Below, in pieces: positions 12,659-25,254 of a stretch of 62,169 bases of DNA. Location: assembly GCF_001194135.2 (NCBI RefSeq), contig NW_026370633.1, positions 1 to 62,169 of the forward strand, in the 5' to 3' direction. The notes beneath the pieces are model-generated. The model had not been told where the DNA came from. It searched no databases and was given only the letters and a program-made list of their open reading frames with translations. A program made the position numbers and the translations under genes. The number at the start of each line of letters is the position of its first letter. Within the stretch, counting starts at the first letter, position 1. This stretch comes from Octopus bimaculoides (Eukaryota).

Positions 12659-14027
12659 CTCACGCACACGCATAAACACTTACAAAGTTTAGTGGTCGAA
12701 GATGGCGGTGAGGAAGTCCTGGCTGTTGTTGACGTTGTCGTAAATGCAGACGATTACGNNNNNNNNNNNNNNNNNNNNNNNNNNNNNNNNNNNNNNNNNN
12801 NNNNNNNNNNNNNNNNNNNNNNNNNNNNNNNNNNNNNNNNNNNNNNNNNNNNNNNNNNNNNNNNNNNNNNNNNNNNNNNNNNNNNNNNNNNNNNNNNNNN
12901 NNNNNNNNNNNNNNNNNNNNNNNNNNNNNNNNNNNNNNNNNNNNNNNNNNNNNNNNNNNNNNNNNNNNNNNNNNNNNNNNNNNNNNNNNNNNNNNNNNNN
13001 NNNNNNNNNNNNNNNNNNNNNNNNNNNNNNNNNNNNNNNNNNNNNNNNNNNNNNNNNNNNNNNNNNNNNNNNNNNNNNNNNNNNNNNNNNNNGGGGGGGG
13101 GGGGGGGGTTGCCGGTATTGAATGAGTGTAAACAGAGGCTTTTATATGTGCATAAGTTACATATATACATATATATATATATACGTACATACATGTACAC
13201 GTACAAATATATACACATACAATTATACATACATACGTATACACATGCACATACAAATATACATACATACGTAGACACACACACACACACATATATATAT
13301 ACACTCACGGTGAGATAGATATACAGAGATAATAGCCTGTTTACATTCATTTAATACCGGCAGCGCCCCTCCCCACCAAAAATACACACACACACATATA
13401 TATATACATACATATATATATATATATGTACACACATATATATGCGACATATACACTTACAGGCAACCACACAAACACTTACATACACACACACAATATA
13501 GACAGAATATACTTACATAGTCTGTATAAACATCCTGACACTTACACACATACATGTATGTGTATATACGCAAAATATTTATATATATACATATAAATAT
13601 AGGTATATGTATATACACACAAATTTAAACACAAGTCACTCCCTGTAGATATATAAAAGATAAATTCACAATTCATGACTGGTGGTGGTGGTGGTGGAAG
13701 TTGGTGGGAAAGTCGTAGTAGTAGCAGCGATGTTGGTGGTGGTGGTAGCGACGGTGATGGTGACAATGGAGTGGTTGTTATTGGTGGTGGTGGTGGTGGC
13801 GGCGGCAGCGGCGGTGACGTTGTTAGCCTTGTGGGCTCTGTTAGTTTGACCCAGGTCAAACCGGAACCGACAGATCTAGGCATGAAGACAGTCCAGCTGT
13901 GACCGTCCCTTCTCGTTTTCAGCGTTATCTATATCTTTACCACACTGCTTCTAATCTTAATCTAATCTTAATCTAACCTAATCTCCGTTCTTAAGATTGT
14001 GTAGTTGAAGGAGATGCAGTAGCTATT

Positions 14028-14345
14028 TGTTTCAATCATTTGACAGCGATCATGCTGGAGCACCGCCTTTAGTCAAACAAATCAACCCCAGGACTCATTC
14101 TTTGTAAACCTAATACTTACTCTATCAGTCAATTTTGCCGAACCGCTAAGTTACGGGGATGTAAACACACCAGCATCGGTTGTCAAGCGATGGTGGGGAG
14201 ACAAACACAGACAAACACTCTCTCACACACACACACATATATACAATGGGCTTCTTTCAGTTTCCGTCTGCCAAATCCCGAGGCTATAGTAGAAGACACT
14301 TGCCCAAGGTGCTACGCGGTGGGACTGAACCTGGAACTATGTGGT
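14028..14345 (-). mobile_element. SINE family A
   Basis: catgctggagcaccgcctttagtc..gccgaaccgctaagttacgggg..gtgggactgaacc. Confidence 0.85.
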
Positions 14346-14371
14346 TATATGCAATGTGAAGATGCATGTCT

Positions 14372-14605
14372 TAGCAGTTAGGGGCATTTACTCACGCTCT
14401 TACGATCGTGAGTTCAATTCCCAGCGACGCGTTGTCTCCTTGAGCAAGACTCTTTATTTCACGTTACTCCAGTCCACTCAGACGGCAAAAATGAGTTGTA
14501 CCTGTATTTTAAAGGGGCCAAGCCTTGTCGCACTCTGTATCACGCTGAATCTCCCTGAGAAACACGTTATGGACACGCGTGTCTGTGGAGTGCTCAGCCA
14601 CTTGC
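14372..14605 (+). mobile_element. SINE family D/E-related copy
   Basis: tagcagttaggggc..gagttcaattccc..tccttgagcaag..ttgctccagtccactca-like core. Confidence 0.7.
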
Positions 14606-14607
14606 AT

Positions 14608-14810
14608 AAAGAAGTGCCGATCACTGAAAGTGGAGGGAAGTTGTTGAAGATGGGAGTTCCAGGAAGGACATGGGCTGAAGTATTTGAAGGCTACTCTCAG
14701 ACTGTTGGGTCTTACGTAGGATACGACTGGCGACCATGACACTTTCCTGTACATGAGAAGACCTGCTCACGGCAAAAGAATTGATATCCTGAAACCAAGA
14801 TACCATATAA
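14608..14810 (+). mobile_element. RTE LINE 3'-end remnant
   Basis: Frameshifted CRSLKVEGSC../..PGRTWAEV../..LGLT resembles the RTE C-terminus (VEG.RGRGRPRKTW.EVV..LGL). Confidence 0.6.
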
Positions 14811-15509
14811 AATGCATTGGTACTGGTGCCACTTAGAAAGTACTGGTCCTGGTGTCACACATACAAAAAGCAGTGGTGCTGGTGCCACTTACAAAGCACT
14901 GGCGCTGGTGCCACATAAAAAGGATTGGCATAAAGAATTGTATAAAGCCGTCCAACTCATGCCAGCATAGAAAACAGACATCAATAGATAGATAGATAGA
15001 TAGATAGATATACATTTATGAATTTGTGATTTATATATACAATGGGCTTCTTTCAGTTTCTATCTATGAAATCCACTCACACGGGCTTTGATTGGCTTGA
15101 GATTGTAGTAGAAGACTCTTGCTCAAGGTGCCATGCAGCACTTCGCACTCAAGTAGCAAGCTTCCTGAAAAGATGCTCACAATAGATATGGGTCGAGTGA
15201 AAACCACTCGTGACCTGAGTCTCTGAAAAGAATAGGCTGTTCTCTATGACCGACATCAGAATACAAAAAGTGAATCTTATGAGTCGACGGGCAACATTTT
15301 TTTATGTAGTGTTTTGTTATCGAAACCCGTCAAATCATAAAGTTCCCAAAGAGTGACAGGTTCACAAAGGTGAAACCTGCTATAAAACATCCGGGTATGA
15401 TGAATAAAATAACTTGAAGGTAAATAAATCGATCCTTATCAAGCAGTTGTTTGTTTTTAAGACGTACTGCATGAAAACACAGACCTAAGAACTATGTTTT
15501 ACACCTATT

Positions 15510-15774
15510 GTTGGCACTCCGTCGCTTAACGACGACGAGGGTTCCAGTTGATCCGATCAACGGAACAACCTGCTCGTGAAATTAACGTGCAAGTGGCTGA
15601 GCACTCCACAGACACGTGTACCCTTAACGTAGTTCTCGGGGGGAGATTCAGCGTGACACAGTGTGACAAGGCTGACTCCTTTGAATTACAGGTACAACAG
15701 AAACAGGAAGAAAGAGTGAGAGAAAGTTGTGGTGGAAGAGTACAGCAGGGTTCGCCACCATCCCCTGCTGGAGC
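15510..15774 (-). mobile_element. SINE family E, truncated by a gap
   Basis: gttggcactccgtcgc..ttccagttgatccgatcaacggaac..caagtggctgagcactccacagacacg; matches 20186-20565. Confidence 0.85.
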
Positions 15775-17339
15775 NNNNNNNNNNNNNNNNNNNNNNNNNN
15801 NNNNNNNNNNNNNNNNNNNNNNNNNNNNNNNNNNNNNNNNNNNNNNNNNNNNNNNNNNNNNNNNNNNNNNNNNNNNNNNNNNNNNNNNNNNNNNNNNNNN
15901 NNNNNNNNNNNNNNNNNNNNNNNNNNNNNNNNNNNNNNNNNNNNNNNNNNNNNNNNNNNNNNNNNNNNNNNNNNNNNNNNNNNNNNNNNNNNNNNNNNNN
16001 NNNNNNNNNNNNNNNNNNNNNNNNNNNNNNNNNNNNNNNNNNNNNNNNNNNNNNNNNNNNNNNNNNNNNNNNNNNNNNNNNNNNNNNNNNNNNNNNNNNN
16101 NNNNNNNNNNNNNNNNNNNNNNNNNNNNNNNNNNNNNNNNNNNNNNNNNNNNNNNNNNNNNNNNNNNNNNNNNNNNNNNNNNNNNNNNNNNNNNNNNNNN
16201 NNNNNNNNNNNNNNNNNNNNNNNNNNNNNNNNNNNNNNNNNNNNNNNNNNNNNNNNNNNNNNNNNNNNNNNNNNNNNNNNNNNNNNNNNNNNNNNNNNNN
16301 NNNNNNNNNNNNNNNNNNNNNNNNNNNNNNNNNNNNNNNNNNNNNNNNNNNNNNNNNNNNNNNNNNNNNNNNNNNNNNNNNNNNNNNNNNNNNNNNNNNN
16401 NNNNNNNNNNNNNNNNNNNNNNNNNNNNNNNNNNNNNNNNNNNNNNNNNNNNNNNNNNNNNNNNNNNNNNNNNNNNNNNNNNNNNNNNNNNNNNNNNNNN
16501 NNNNNNNNNNNNNNNNNNNNNNNNNNNNNNNNNNNNNNNNNNNNNNNNNNNNNNNNNNNNNNNNNNNNNNNNNNNNNNNNNNNNNNNNNNNNNNNNNNNN
16601 NNNNNNNNNNNNNNNNNNNNNNNNNNNNNNNNNNNNNNNNNNNNNNNNNNNNNNNNNNNNNNNNNNNNNNNNNNNNNNNNNNNNNNNNNNNNNNNNNNNN
16701 NNNNNNNNNNNNNNNNNNNNNNNNNNNNNNNNNNNNNNNNNNNNNNGGGGGGGGGGGACAGTAGGGGCAGTCTGCACTTTTCATCCTGTTGTAGGCAATG
16801 TGTTTTTTGTGGGGTCATTAAGAAATACCCATTTTTTAAAATGTTATGGGGAACACATCTGATTTGCGTGAATTTTCCAGAATCTCTTCTTGCCAATCTT
16901 GGAAAATGTTTTTCCACAAACAATTCGTATATATTCGGAATTTATGCAATCTGAAAGGCACATATGGAAAATTTCATTGAAAAATATTCGTTTTATTATA
17001 AATGTTTTTGAAGATATGAGGTAACAAAGTTGAGGTAGAGGCCCATTTGTGTAGGTATATCTGAGATGTTGCATCTATGCCTTGGGGTCACTTGGTAAAC
17101 ACCTGAAACCATTTTAGGCAGGAAGAGAAGAGACACAGGTAGCAAGTGTTGGGTGTCATGCTGTGACAACATGCAAGTGAGAGGTGCCGACCATGGACAA
17201 TGACGAGGGGAGGGGGCAACAAAAAACAAATAAATAAAACACGAAACAAAGTAAAAAATCAATTTAATTTATTGACAAAAAAAACAAACAAAAACTGGAG
17301 GAAAAAAAAACAACAAAGAAACTTCATAATGTTGTTTGT

Positions 17340-19490
17340 CAGTAATGAGAGGTGTGTGCAGCTGGTGTTGCAGTAGAGACAGGTATTGCAGCAGATGATG
17401 CAGTAGGTGCATAACGATGGCAAGAAGCAGTACTGCAGCAGATGCTGGGAAGTATTGACAACTGGTGATGCAGTGACAGATGCAGGAATGCAAGTGCTGT
17501 TGTTGGCGGTGTGATGCAAAGTGTAGATGCATTGCAGATATTGGTACATTGGCAAATATAGGGGCGAGTGTTGTGGCTGTCAGTGCAGTGACTGATGCAG
17601 ATGTGTTGCAAATGGTTGTGGTGCAGCTACTGTTGCCATTGGTGGTGCAATGGAAAGTGTAGATACAAGTGTTGCACCTGGTTATATAGTGACTAATGCA
17701 AATGTGTTGTGCAGCGAGTGATGCAGATGCATTGCAAACTGGTGGTTCAGTGGAAAGTGTAGATATAAGTGTTGCAACTTGTAATGCAGATGTTTTGTAA
17801 ATGGTGCAAGTGATGCCACAGTTGTTGGGGTGCAGGTGTCACACCTGGACATGTAGTGAATAATCCAGATGCGTGTTGAAATTGTTGGTGAGGTGACAAA
17901 TGCAGGTGTGTTGCAAGGTGGTTGTGCAGTTACAGATGAAGTGACATCATTGCTGCAACTGATGCAAGTGGGGCTGACAGATGAAGCGATATATTTGTTG
18001 CAACAGGAAGTGCAGTGACTGATACACTTATAGTGCAGTTCGAAAGTGTAGCAACAGGCTATGCAGCAAGTGATGCATTGTAGGAACTGTTGCATCAATA
18101 GGTTGCATTTAACAGTGCAATGGCAAATATCAAGCTGGTGGAGTAGGAACTGATGCACACTTGGGCAGTAACAACAGCAATGGAAATGCAGCAAAGAGCA
18201 CAGTGAAAAGTGTTTCAGCTGCAACAAATGCATATATGTTGCAACAGGCAATACAGTGACAGCCAGTATTGGTGCTTGCATCTCCCATAACCAAGCAGTT
18301 CAGCAAAAGCAACTGATAGAAATAGCAAGCTTAAATAATAAGAAAGTACTGGGGCTGATTGGTTTAACTAAAATTCTTCAAGGTGGTGCCCCAGCATGGC
18401 CATGATCTGATGACTGCAACAAGTAAATGATAAAAGGAAGATCTGTTGCAGCTACAAGTTCTATGTAGCTCTGGTCCAACTACAATTCCTACATCTGTTG
18501 CACATCTGGTGTGTCCACAATTCCAACATCTGGAGTATCAACAGTAACAGAAGTCGAAGACGCAACTCCTATATCTGGTGCAGTAACAATTCCTTCTTTT
18601 GTTGCAGCTATAAGTCATACTACATAGATCTGGTGTAACCACAAGATTTACATCTGTTGCAGCTACGCTTTAAAACTGCAACAAAAAAATTCTACCGCCA
18701 GTGAAGCTATCTATGCAGTGCGAGTTGCGAAAACAGCATTTGTTGTAACTACAGTAACAAGTCCTAAATCTGGTGCAACCCCAAGCCTTGCGTCTCTTGC
18801 AACTACAAATGCATTAACAATTGTACCAACAAGTCCTACATACATCAGATGCAATTACAAGTCCTGCAGCTTCCACACATTAAGATCTGCAGCAACAAGG
18901 CCTGCCGTAAATGCAAAATCGAAATCTTGCACTTTTTGCAGCTACAAGTCCTATGTACAACTGGTGCAACCCCAGGGCCTGCATCTCTTGCAGCTATAAA
19001 CTATAAACGCATTAACAATTGTAGCAACGAGTCCTACATCTGTTGCAACCAAGAGGCCTGTATGTTGCAGCAACAAATGCAGTGAGAAACATTTGTTGTT
19101 GCAAGTCCTACATGCATCTGGTGCAACCAAAAATGCTGCATCTGTGAATGGTGCTTCCAAAACAAAACCATACATTTGTTGCAACTACAAGCCCTACATG
19201 CATTTCGTGCTATCACATGCCCTGCATCTGTTGCAGTTACAAACATTAACAGCTGCATCAACAGGTCCTATCAAAGGTGCAGCAACAAGCCCTATCACTA
19301 GTGCAACTATGAGTACAAACAGAAGTTTTGCATCCATTGCAGCTATGCAGTGACATGCTGCACCACTGGTGTAGCTATCGATGCAGTAAGAGTTGCAACA
19401 GCAAAATCCTTGCATATTTTTACAACTATAACCATCTTATCTGGTGCTGCAACAAGCTGCACATTTGATGCAAGTTGCAGTCGCTGCCGC
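17340..19490. repeat. Degenerate TGCA-rich minisatellite field in two opposed blocks
   Basis: Left block is G/T-rich (internal ~101-bp duplication at 17651/17752); right block is A/C-rich (~190-bp duplication at 18771/18961); SINE-tail spacer at ~18335-18435. Confidence 0.75.
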
Positions 19491-19889
19491 TCTTCCAAGA
19501 TCAGAGGATAGCAAGAGAATACGAGTTCAATATACACAGGGTGGGGGGAGGTAAATGAGGGTAAGAGATGGAGAAGGGAGGGAATTGATAGAGATATGGA
19601 GTTAATATTTTTTTCTTTTGTGGAGGCCAACAGCTGATAACTCAGTCTGGTATATATGGATACATATTTCATTTACATAAGTAGTTAGGGTAAACTCTAG
19701 CTGTTTCCTCATGAAGAGCATCTGCTTATTCCATTATTACAATCCAATATGTAGTCTCAGTTGCTGCTGTATTTTAGCCAGACCTACGCAGTAAAATTAA
19801 TAATTATGTAAATATTATTCAGAGAACTAATCATATAATAAAACGGGAAATAATACCAAATAATTTCCACTTTTGTTTTGTTTTATATA

Positions 19890-20115
19890 TGGCCCAGTGG
19901 TTAGGTAGTGAGTTCGATTCCCGGACCAGGCAGTGTGTTGTGTTCTTGAGCAAGAGACTTTGTTTCACGTTGCTCTAGGCCTTTGCCTTTCCCTTGGATA
20001 ACATCAGTGGCGCGGGGAGGAGAGGATGGTATGAATGGGCAACTACTAGCAACCTTGCCTGGACTTGTGCCTCGGAGAGGAACTTTCTAGGTGCAATCCC
20101 ATGGTCATTCATGAC
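19890..20115 (+). mobile_element. SINE family D-related copy
   Basis: tggcccagtggttagg..gagttcgattccc..tgttcttgagcaag. Confidence 0.7.
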
Positions 20116-20185
20116 CAAAGAGGGTCTTTACTCTTTTACACTATATATATTATACAGAGTGTTAGAATATCGTTGTTGTTGTTGT

Positions 20186-20565
20186 TGTTGGCACTCCGTC
20201 GCTTACGACGACGTCGAGGGTTCCAGTTGATCCGATCAACGGAACAGCTTGCTCGTGTAATTAACGTGCAAGTGGCTGAGCACTCCACAGACACGTGTAC
20301 CCTTAACGTAGTTCTCGGGGATATTCAGCGTGACACAGAGTGTGACAAGGCTGACCCTTTGAATTACAGGCACAACAGAAACAGGAAGTAAGAGTGAGAG
20401 AAAGTCGTGGTGAAAGAGTACAGCAGGGTTCGCCACCATCCCCTGCCGGAGCCTCGTGGAGCTTTAGGTGTTTTCGCTCAATAAACATTCACTCTGGGAA
20501 TCGCAACCGTGATCCTATGATCGTGAGTCCGCTGCCCTAACCACTGGGCCATTGCGCCTCCACAT
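20186..20565 (-). mobile_element. SINE family E, near full length
   Basis: Minus-strand head gtggaggcgcaatggcccagtggttagggcagcggactc is tRNA-like; ends in a (caa)n tail. Confidence 0.85.
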
Positions 20566-20679
20566 TAGAATATCTAATAAGAGATATCTTGCATGTTTTC
20601 TCCTACATGTACAAAGAGAGAGAGAGAGAGTACATGCATGTTAAGAGACACAGCTTAAAGGTTATTAGAGCCAAAAATC

Positions 20680-20955
20680 TTTCCAAAAATTCAATTCCAC
20701 TTGAAAGGGGCAAAACTTCAAGACATCAAGGAATTCCAAGAGAATGCAACGAGGCAGCTACTCGCTGTCACTCCCAAAAAAGGAGTCACTGGCAAGCTTC
20801 CACCACTGGAAATGGCACCGGATAAGGTTTGTCACCTCAGAAGGGGACTACTTTGAAGGAGGTTAACACCAAATTGATATGTGGTGCAGTTTCCCTTCTT
20901 TTTTTGTTTTCTTTTGTAACACCAATCCCAAAACTTTTTTGATCAGTTTGTATAC
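20680..20955 (+). mobile_element. Mariner transposase 3'-end relic
   Basis: FPKIQFHLKGAKLQDIKEFQENATRQLLAV / frameshift / KESLASFHHWKWHRIRFVTSEGDYFEGG* matches the mariner C-terminal LFPKLK..LKG..GDYFEG pattern; a degenerate TIR follows. Confidence 0.8.
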
Positions 20956-21209
20956 GTGTGTGCATGTGTATATATCACAAATGTGTGTATGTGTGTGTGT
21001 GAAAGAGAGAGAGAGTCTGTGTATGTGTGTATGTATATAGGCATGTACGTAAAGACGAGTGTAAAAATATGAAGTCCATGGCAGCACGACAAAGAATGTG
21101 TATTTGTGTGTGTGTGTATATGTATGCGTGTAGGTCTAGTGTGTGGTAATGTATTTCTTAACTACATATTATCCAAGATCTGAAATACACATATTAAATA
21201 CTTTCATTG

Positions 21210-21244
<35 letters not shown>

Positions 21245-21335
21245 CATACATATACATATATATATATACATACATATATATAAATACAGACCAGTTTTTC
21301 TACATGTATATACCCATTATGAATTTAATATATTT

Positions 21336-21372
<37 letters not shown>

Positions 21373-21600
21373 GGTGGCGGGCTATCAGAATCCTTAGCAT
21401 GCTGGACAAAATACTTAGTGTTTATTTCGCCTGTTGCTACGTTCTGAGTTCAAATTCTGCCGAGGTTGACCATGCATTTCATCCTTTCAGGGCGGCCGAT
21501 AAATTGAGTACCAGTCAAATACTGGGGTCAATGTAATCAACTTACACCCTTCCCCGCCCCAAAATTTCAGGCCTTGTGCCTACAGTAGAAAGGATTATTA
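21373..21600 (+). mobile_element. SINE family C
   Basis: Same head and tail as 2218-2445. Confidence 0.75.
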
Positions 21601-23309
21601 TTATAATTATTACAAATATTTACATTTCATATATTTTTTTCTAATACTGCAATGAAACGTGTGTAACACGGAATTAAAAATATTCCAAATTTTCCAGTCT
21701 TTGTTTTCTACACACACACACATATATATACACACAGACAGACATTCCCATTTAACAGGCCGACATATACACTCACCGATAAAAATATATACCCTAACAC
21801 AAAGTGCTACACACAATACTATATATATATATCATCATCGTTTAACGTCTGCTTTCCATGCTAGCATGGGTTGGACGATTTGACTGAGGACTATATATAT
21901 ATATATATACATGTGTATATACAAACCTCTACTCAAAAACTACTTTACCTGGCTTGGTTAAAGAAAGAAAGGGCCGACCCCATAACACCCAGTTTTTAAG
22001 GGTCTACATGAGTGGTTGTAATAGGGAAAGGTGGGGGGAAAAAAGGGAAGGAGTTGATCTGGCTCCTAATGCTTACAACAGATTGAATTCTGTGAAAATT
22101 ACCAAAGAATTAGGGACTAGGTAAGTGATGAACTAGCATGATGGATTATATATATATATATATATGCGTGTGTGTGTGTGTGTGTGTGTGTTTGTGTGCA
22201 AGGTGGCCCAAGAGTCACAGAAGGGGTCTGAAAGTTTAATAAATCTGTTTTAACTACATTTTTTTTTTATTTGTAATTCCCTCCTGATGTACAATATATT
22301 TCCAGTACACACACACACATGTATATATATATATGAAAGATTGAGTAGAGATGGCTTTTTTCAAGGGATAATTGTAATTTTAATCTTGATAATTGTATTT
22401 ACTGTAAACACTATTACCACGATTAAAATTTCNNNNNNNNNNNNNNNNNNNNNNNNNNNNNNNNNNNNNNNNNNNNNNNNNNNNNNNNNNNNNNNNNNNN
22501 NNNNNNNNNNNNNNNNNNNNNNNNNNNNNNNNNNNNNNNNNNNNNNNNNNNNNNNNNNNNNNNNNNNNNNNNNNNNNNNNNNNNNNNNNNNNNNNNNNNN
22601 NNNNNNNNNNNNNNNNNNNNNNNNNNNNNNNNNNNNNNNNNNNNNNNNNNNNNNNNNNNNNNNNNNNNNNNNNNNNNNNNNNNNNNNNNNNNNNNNNNNN
22701 NNNNNNNNNNNNNNNNNNNNNNNNNNNNNNNNNNNNNNNNNNNNNNNNNNNNNNNNNNNNNNNNNNNNNNNNNNNNNNNNNNNNNNNNNNNNNNNNNNNN
22801 NNNNNNNNNNNNNNNNNNNNNNNNNNNNNNNNNNNNNNNNNNNNNNNNNNNNNNNNNNNNNNNNNNNNNNNNNNNNNNNNNNNNNNNNNNNNNNNNNNNN
22901 NNNNNNNNNNNNNNNNNNNNNNNNNNNNNNNNNNNNNNNNNNNNNNNNNNNNNNNNNNNNNNNNNNNNNNNNNNNNNNNNNNNNNNNNNNNNNNNNNNNN
23001 NNNNNNNNNNNNNNNNNNNNNNNNNNNNNNNNNNNNNNNNNNNNNNNNNNNNNNNNNNNNNNNNNNNNNNNNNNNNNNNNNNNNNNNNNNNNNNNNNNNN
23101 NNNNNNNNNNNNNNNNNNNNNNNNNNNNNNNNNNNNNNNNNNNNNNNNNNNNNNNNNNNNNNNNNNNNNNNNNNNNNNNNNNNNNGAGAGAGAGAGAGAG
23201 AGAGAGAGAGAGGGTGATAACAAAATGAAATGAAATACTGCAATCCTTTGAATATCGTGGGGGGTTACGTTCCATAACTGCCCGCAATAGGTGGGCTTAC
23301 GCATCATAA

Positions 23310-23715
23310 TCACTATTTAACATCCGTTTTTCCTTGTTGGCATGGGTTGGACGGTTTGATTGAGGACTGGTGGACCAGGAGGCGACACCAGGCTCCAATC
23401 TGATCTGGCAATGTTTCTACAACAGCTGGTTGCCCTTCCTTGCTTTTGACATGCAACCGGCACGGGGGCCAGTCAGGTGATCCTGGTAGTTATCACATTT
23501 GGATAGTGCTTTTTACATGCCACCAGCTTGAGAGCCAGTCAGGGGGTACTGGCATCGGCCACAATCGGATGATGCTTTTTATGTGCCACCAGAATGAGAA
23601 CCAGTCAGGAGGTACTGGCATCGGCCACATTTGGATGGTGCTTTTTACATGCTACCAGCATGAGAGCAAGTCAGTGGGTACTGGGATCGGCCACAATTGG
23701 ATGGTGCTTTTTATG
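23310..23715 (-). mobile_element. Family B element with an internal 66-bp x4 tandem
   Basis: agtcag at 23471, 23537, 23603 and 23669. Confidence 0.8.
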
Positions 23716-23849
23716 TGCCATTAGCATGGGGTAAACCTATTTTGTGAAACATAATCATTTTTTAATATATACTTTGCATATTTGGATTATATTTGCTGGC
23801 CACTTAATCATTCATTCTTATAGAAGAGTAGCGAGCTGGCAGAATGGGA

Positions 23850-23920
<71 letters not shown>

Positions 23921-24597
23921 NNNNNNNNNNNNNNNNNNNNNNNNNNNNNNNNNNNNNNNNNNNNNNNNNNNNNNNNNNNNNNNNNNNNNNNNNNNNNNNN
24001 NNNNNNNNNNNNNNNNNNNNNNNNNNNNNNNNNNNNNNNNNNNNNNNNNNNNNNNNNNNNNNNNNNNNNNNNNNNNNNNNNNNNNNNNNNNNNNNNNNNN
24101 NNNNNNNNNNNNNNNNNNNNNNNNNNNNNNNNNNNNNNNNNNNNNNNNNNNNNNNNNNNNNNNNNNNNNNNNNNNNNNNNNNNNNNNNNNNNNNNNNNNN
24201 NNNNNNNNNNNNNNNNNNNNNNNNNNNNNNNNNNNNNNNNNNNNNNNNNNNNNNNNNNNNNNNNNNNNNNNNNNNNNNNNNNNNNNNNNNNNNNNNNNNN
24301 NNNNNNNNNNNNNNNNNNNNNNNNNNNNNNNNNNNNNNNNNNNNNNNNNNNNNNNNNNNNNNNNNNNNNNNNNNNNNNNNNNNNNNNNNNNNNNNNNNNN
24401 NNNNNNNNNNNNNNNNNNNNNNNNNNNNNNNNNNNNNNNNNNNNNNNNNNNNNNNNNNNNNNNNNNNNNNNNNNNNNNNNNNNNNNNNNNNNNNNNNNNN
24501 NNNNNNNNNNNNNNNNNNNNNNNNNNNATATATATATATATGTCCTTGTTCTCTTTGTATCGTCTATCTGGATGTTTTGCGTTCTTGTCCCATTTTG

Positions 24598-24628
<31 letters not shown>

Positions 24629-24632
24629 CATA

Positions 24633-24847
24633 CATGAGGGGGTGCTGAAAGGTCCCTGACTTTAAGAGTGTCACGAAAGACCTAGTTGGAGGTCCAGGGT
24701 TCTGAGTTCTTTTACAAACACTTTGGGACCACTGCAAATAAAGGTGTGAATCTGAGAGGGGTATATGTTGAATAAAATCGTAATTAACTGATCCTCCTGT
24801 ATTTTCGTTTACCCAAAGCCAGGAACTTCTTGGTATATACTCTTTGT
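24633..24847 (+). mobile_element. Mariner-derived MITE
   Basis: Left end catgagggggtgctgaaaggtccctgacttt, right end aaagccaggaactt..; retains KGVNLRGVYVE*, a mariner C-terminus-like peptide. Confidence 0.75.
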
Positions 24848-25026
24848 TGTGCAAGGATATATACAGAATATAACTGAATCAGCTGGTTATTCCAAAAGAG
24901 AGAAAGGGAAAGAAAAAGAGAGTGAAATAGAGAGAAAGAGAGAGGAGAAATAAAAAGCAAGAGAGAAAAGGAAGAGGAGATAAAGAGAGAGAGTAGTGCC
25001 ACGATTGAGCCCTGAAGCATACAAAC

Positions 25027-25173
25027 CTCATCTATAGGAGATTCTTCGATAAGTTTGGGAGCATCTGACGAAAGAATGCCATGCGTGGCCATCACGTAGA
25101 TTTTGTAAGCACCTCTGTTCTTCAAAGCCTCGGCTATTTTCACAAATGGTCTCACTTCATCCACCATATCGTC
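25027..25173 (-). CDS. PRPSAP: PRPSAP coding exon 8
   Basis: [49 protein letters not shown]; ttgcag / gtttgt; phase 0-0. Confidence 0.93.
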
Positions 25174-25254
25174 CTGCAATAATACACAACATAAAGATGT
25201 CAGAGAATTAACAAAAAACAATTAACGAATAAATGTTTGTTTTGTTAGTCAACC

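Noticed and set aside
11864-13902. GC-richer islands with minus-strand donors (11863, 12683) and a Pro/Gly-rich ORF (13542-13902) as upstream exons
   Set aside because: No convincing acceptor and open-frame combination; the sequence is triplet-repeat-like and one island is cut by a gap.
16829-16950. Acceptor-bounded segment as a coding exon
   Set aside because: All three frames hit stops before the nearest donor, and I see no recognisable motif.
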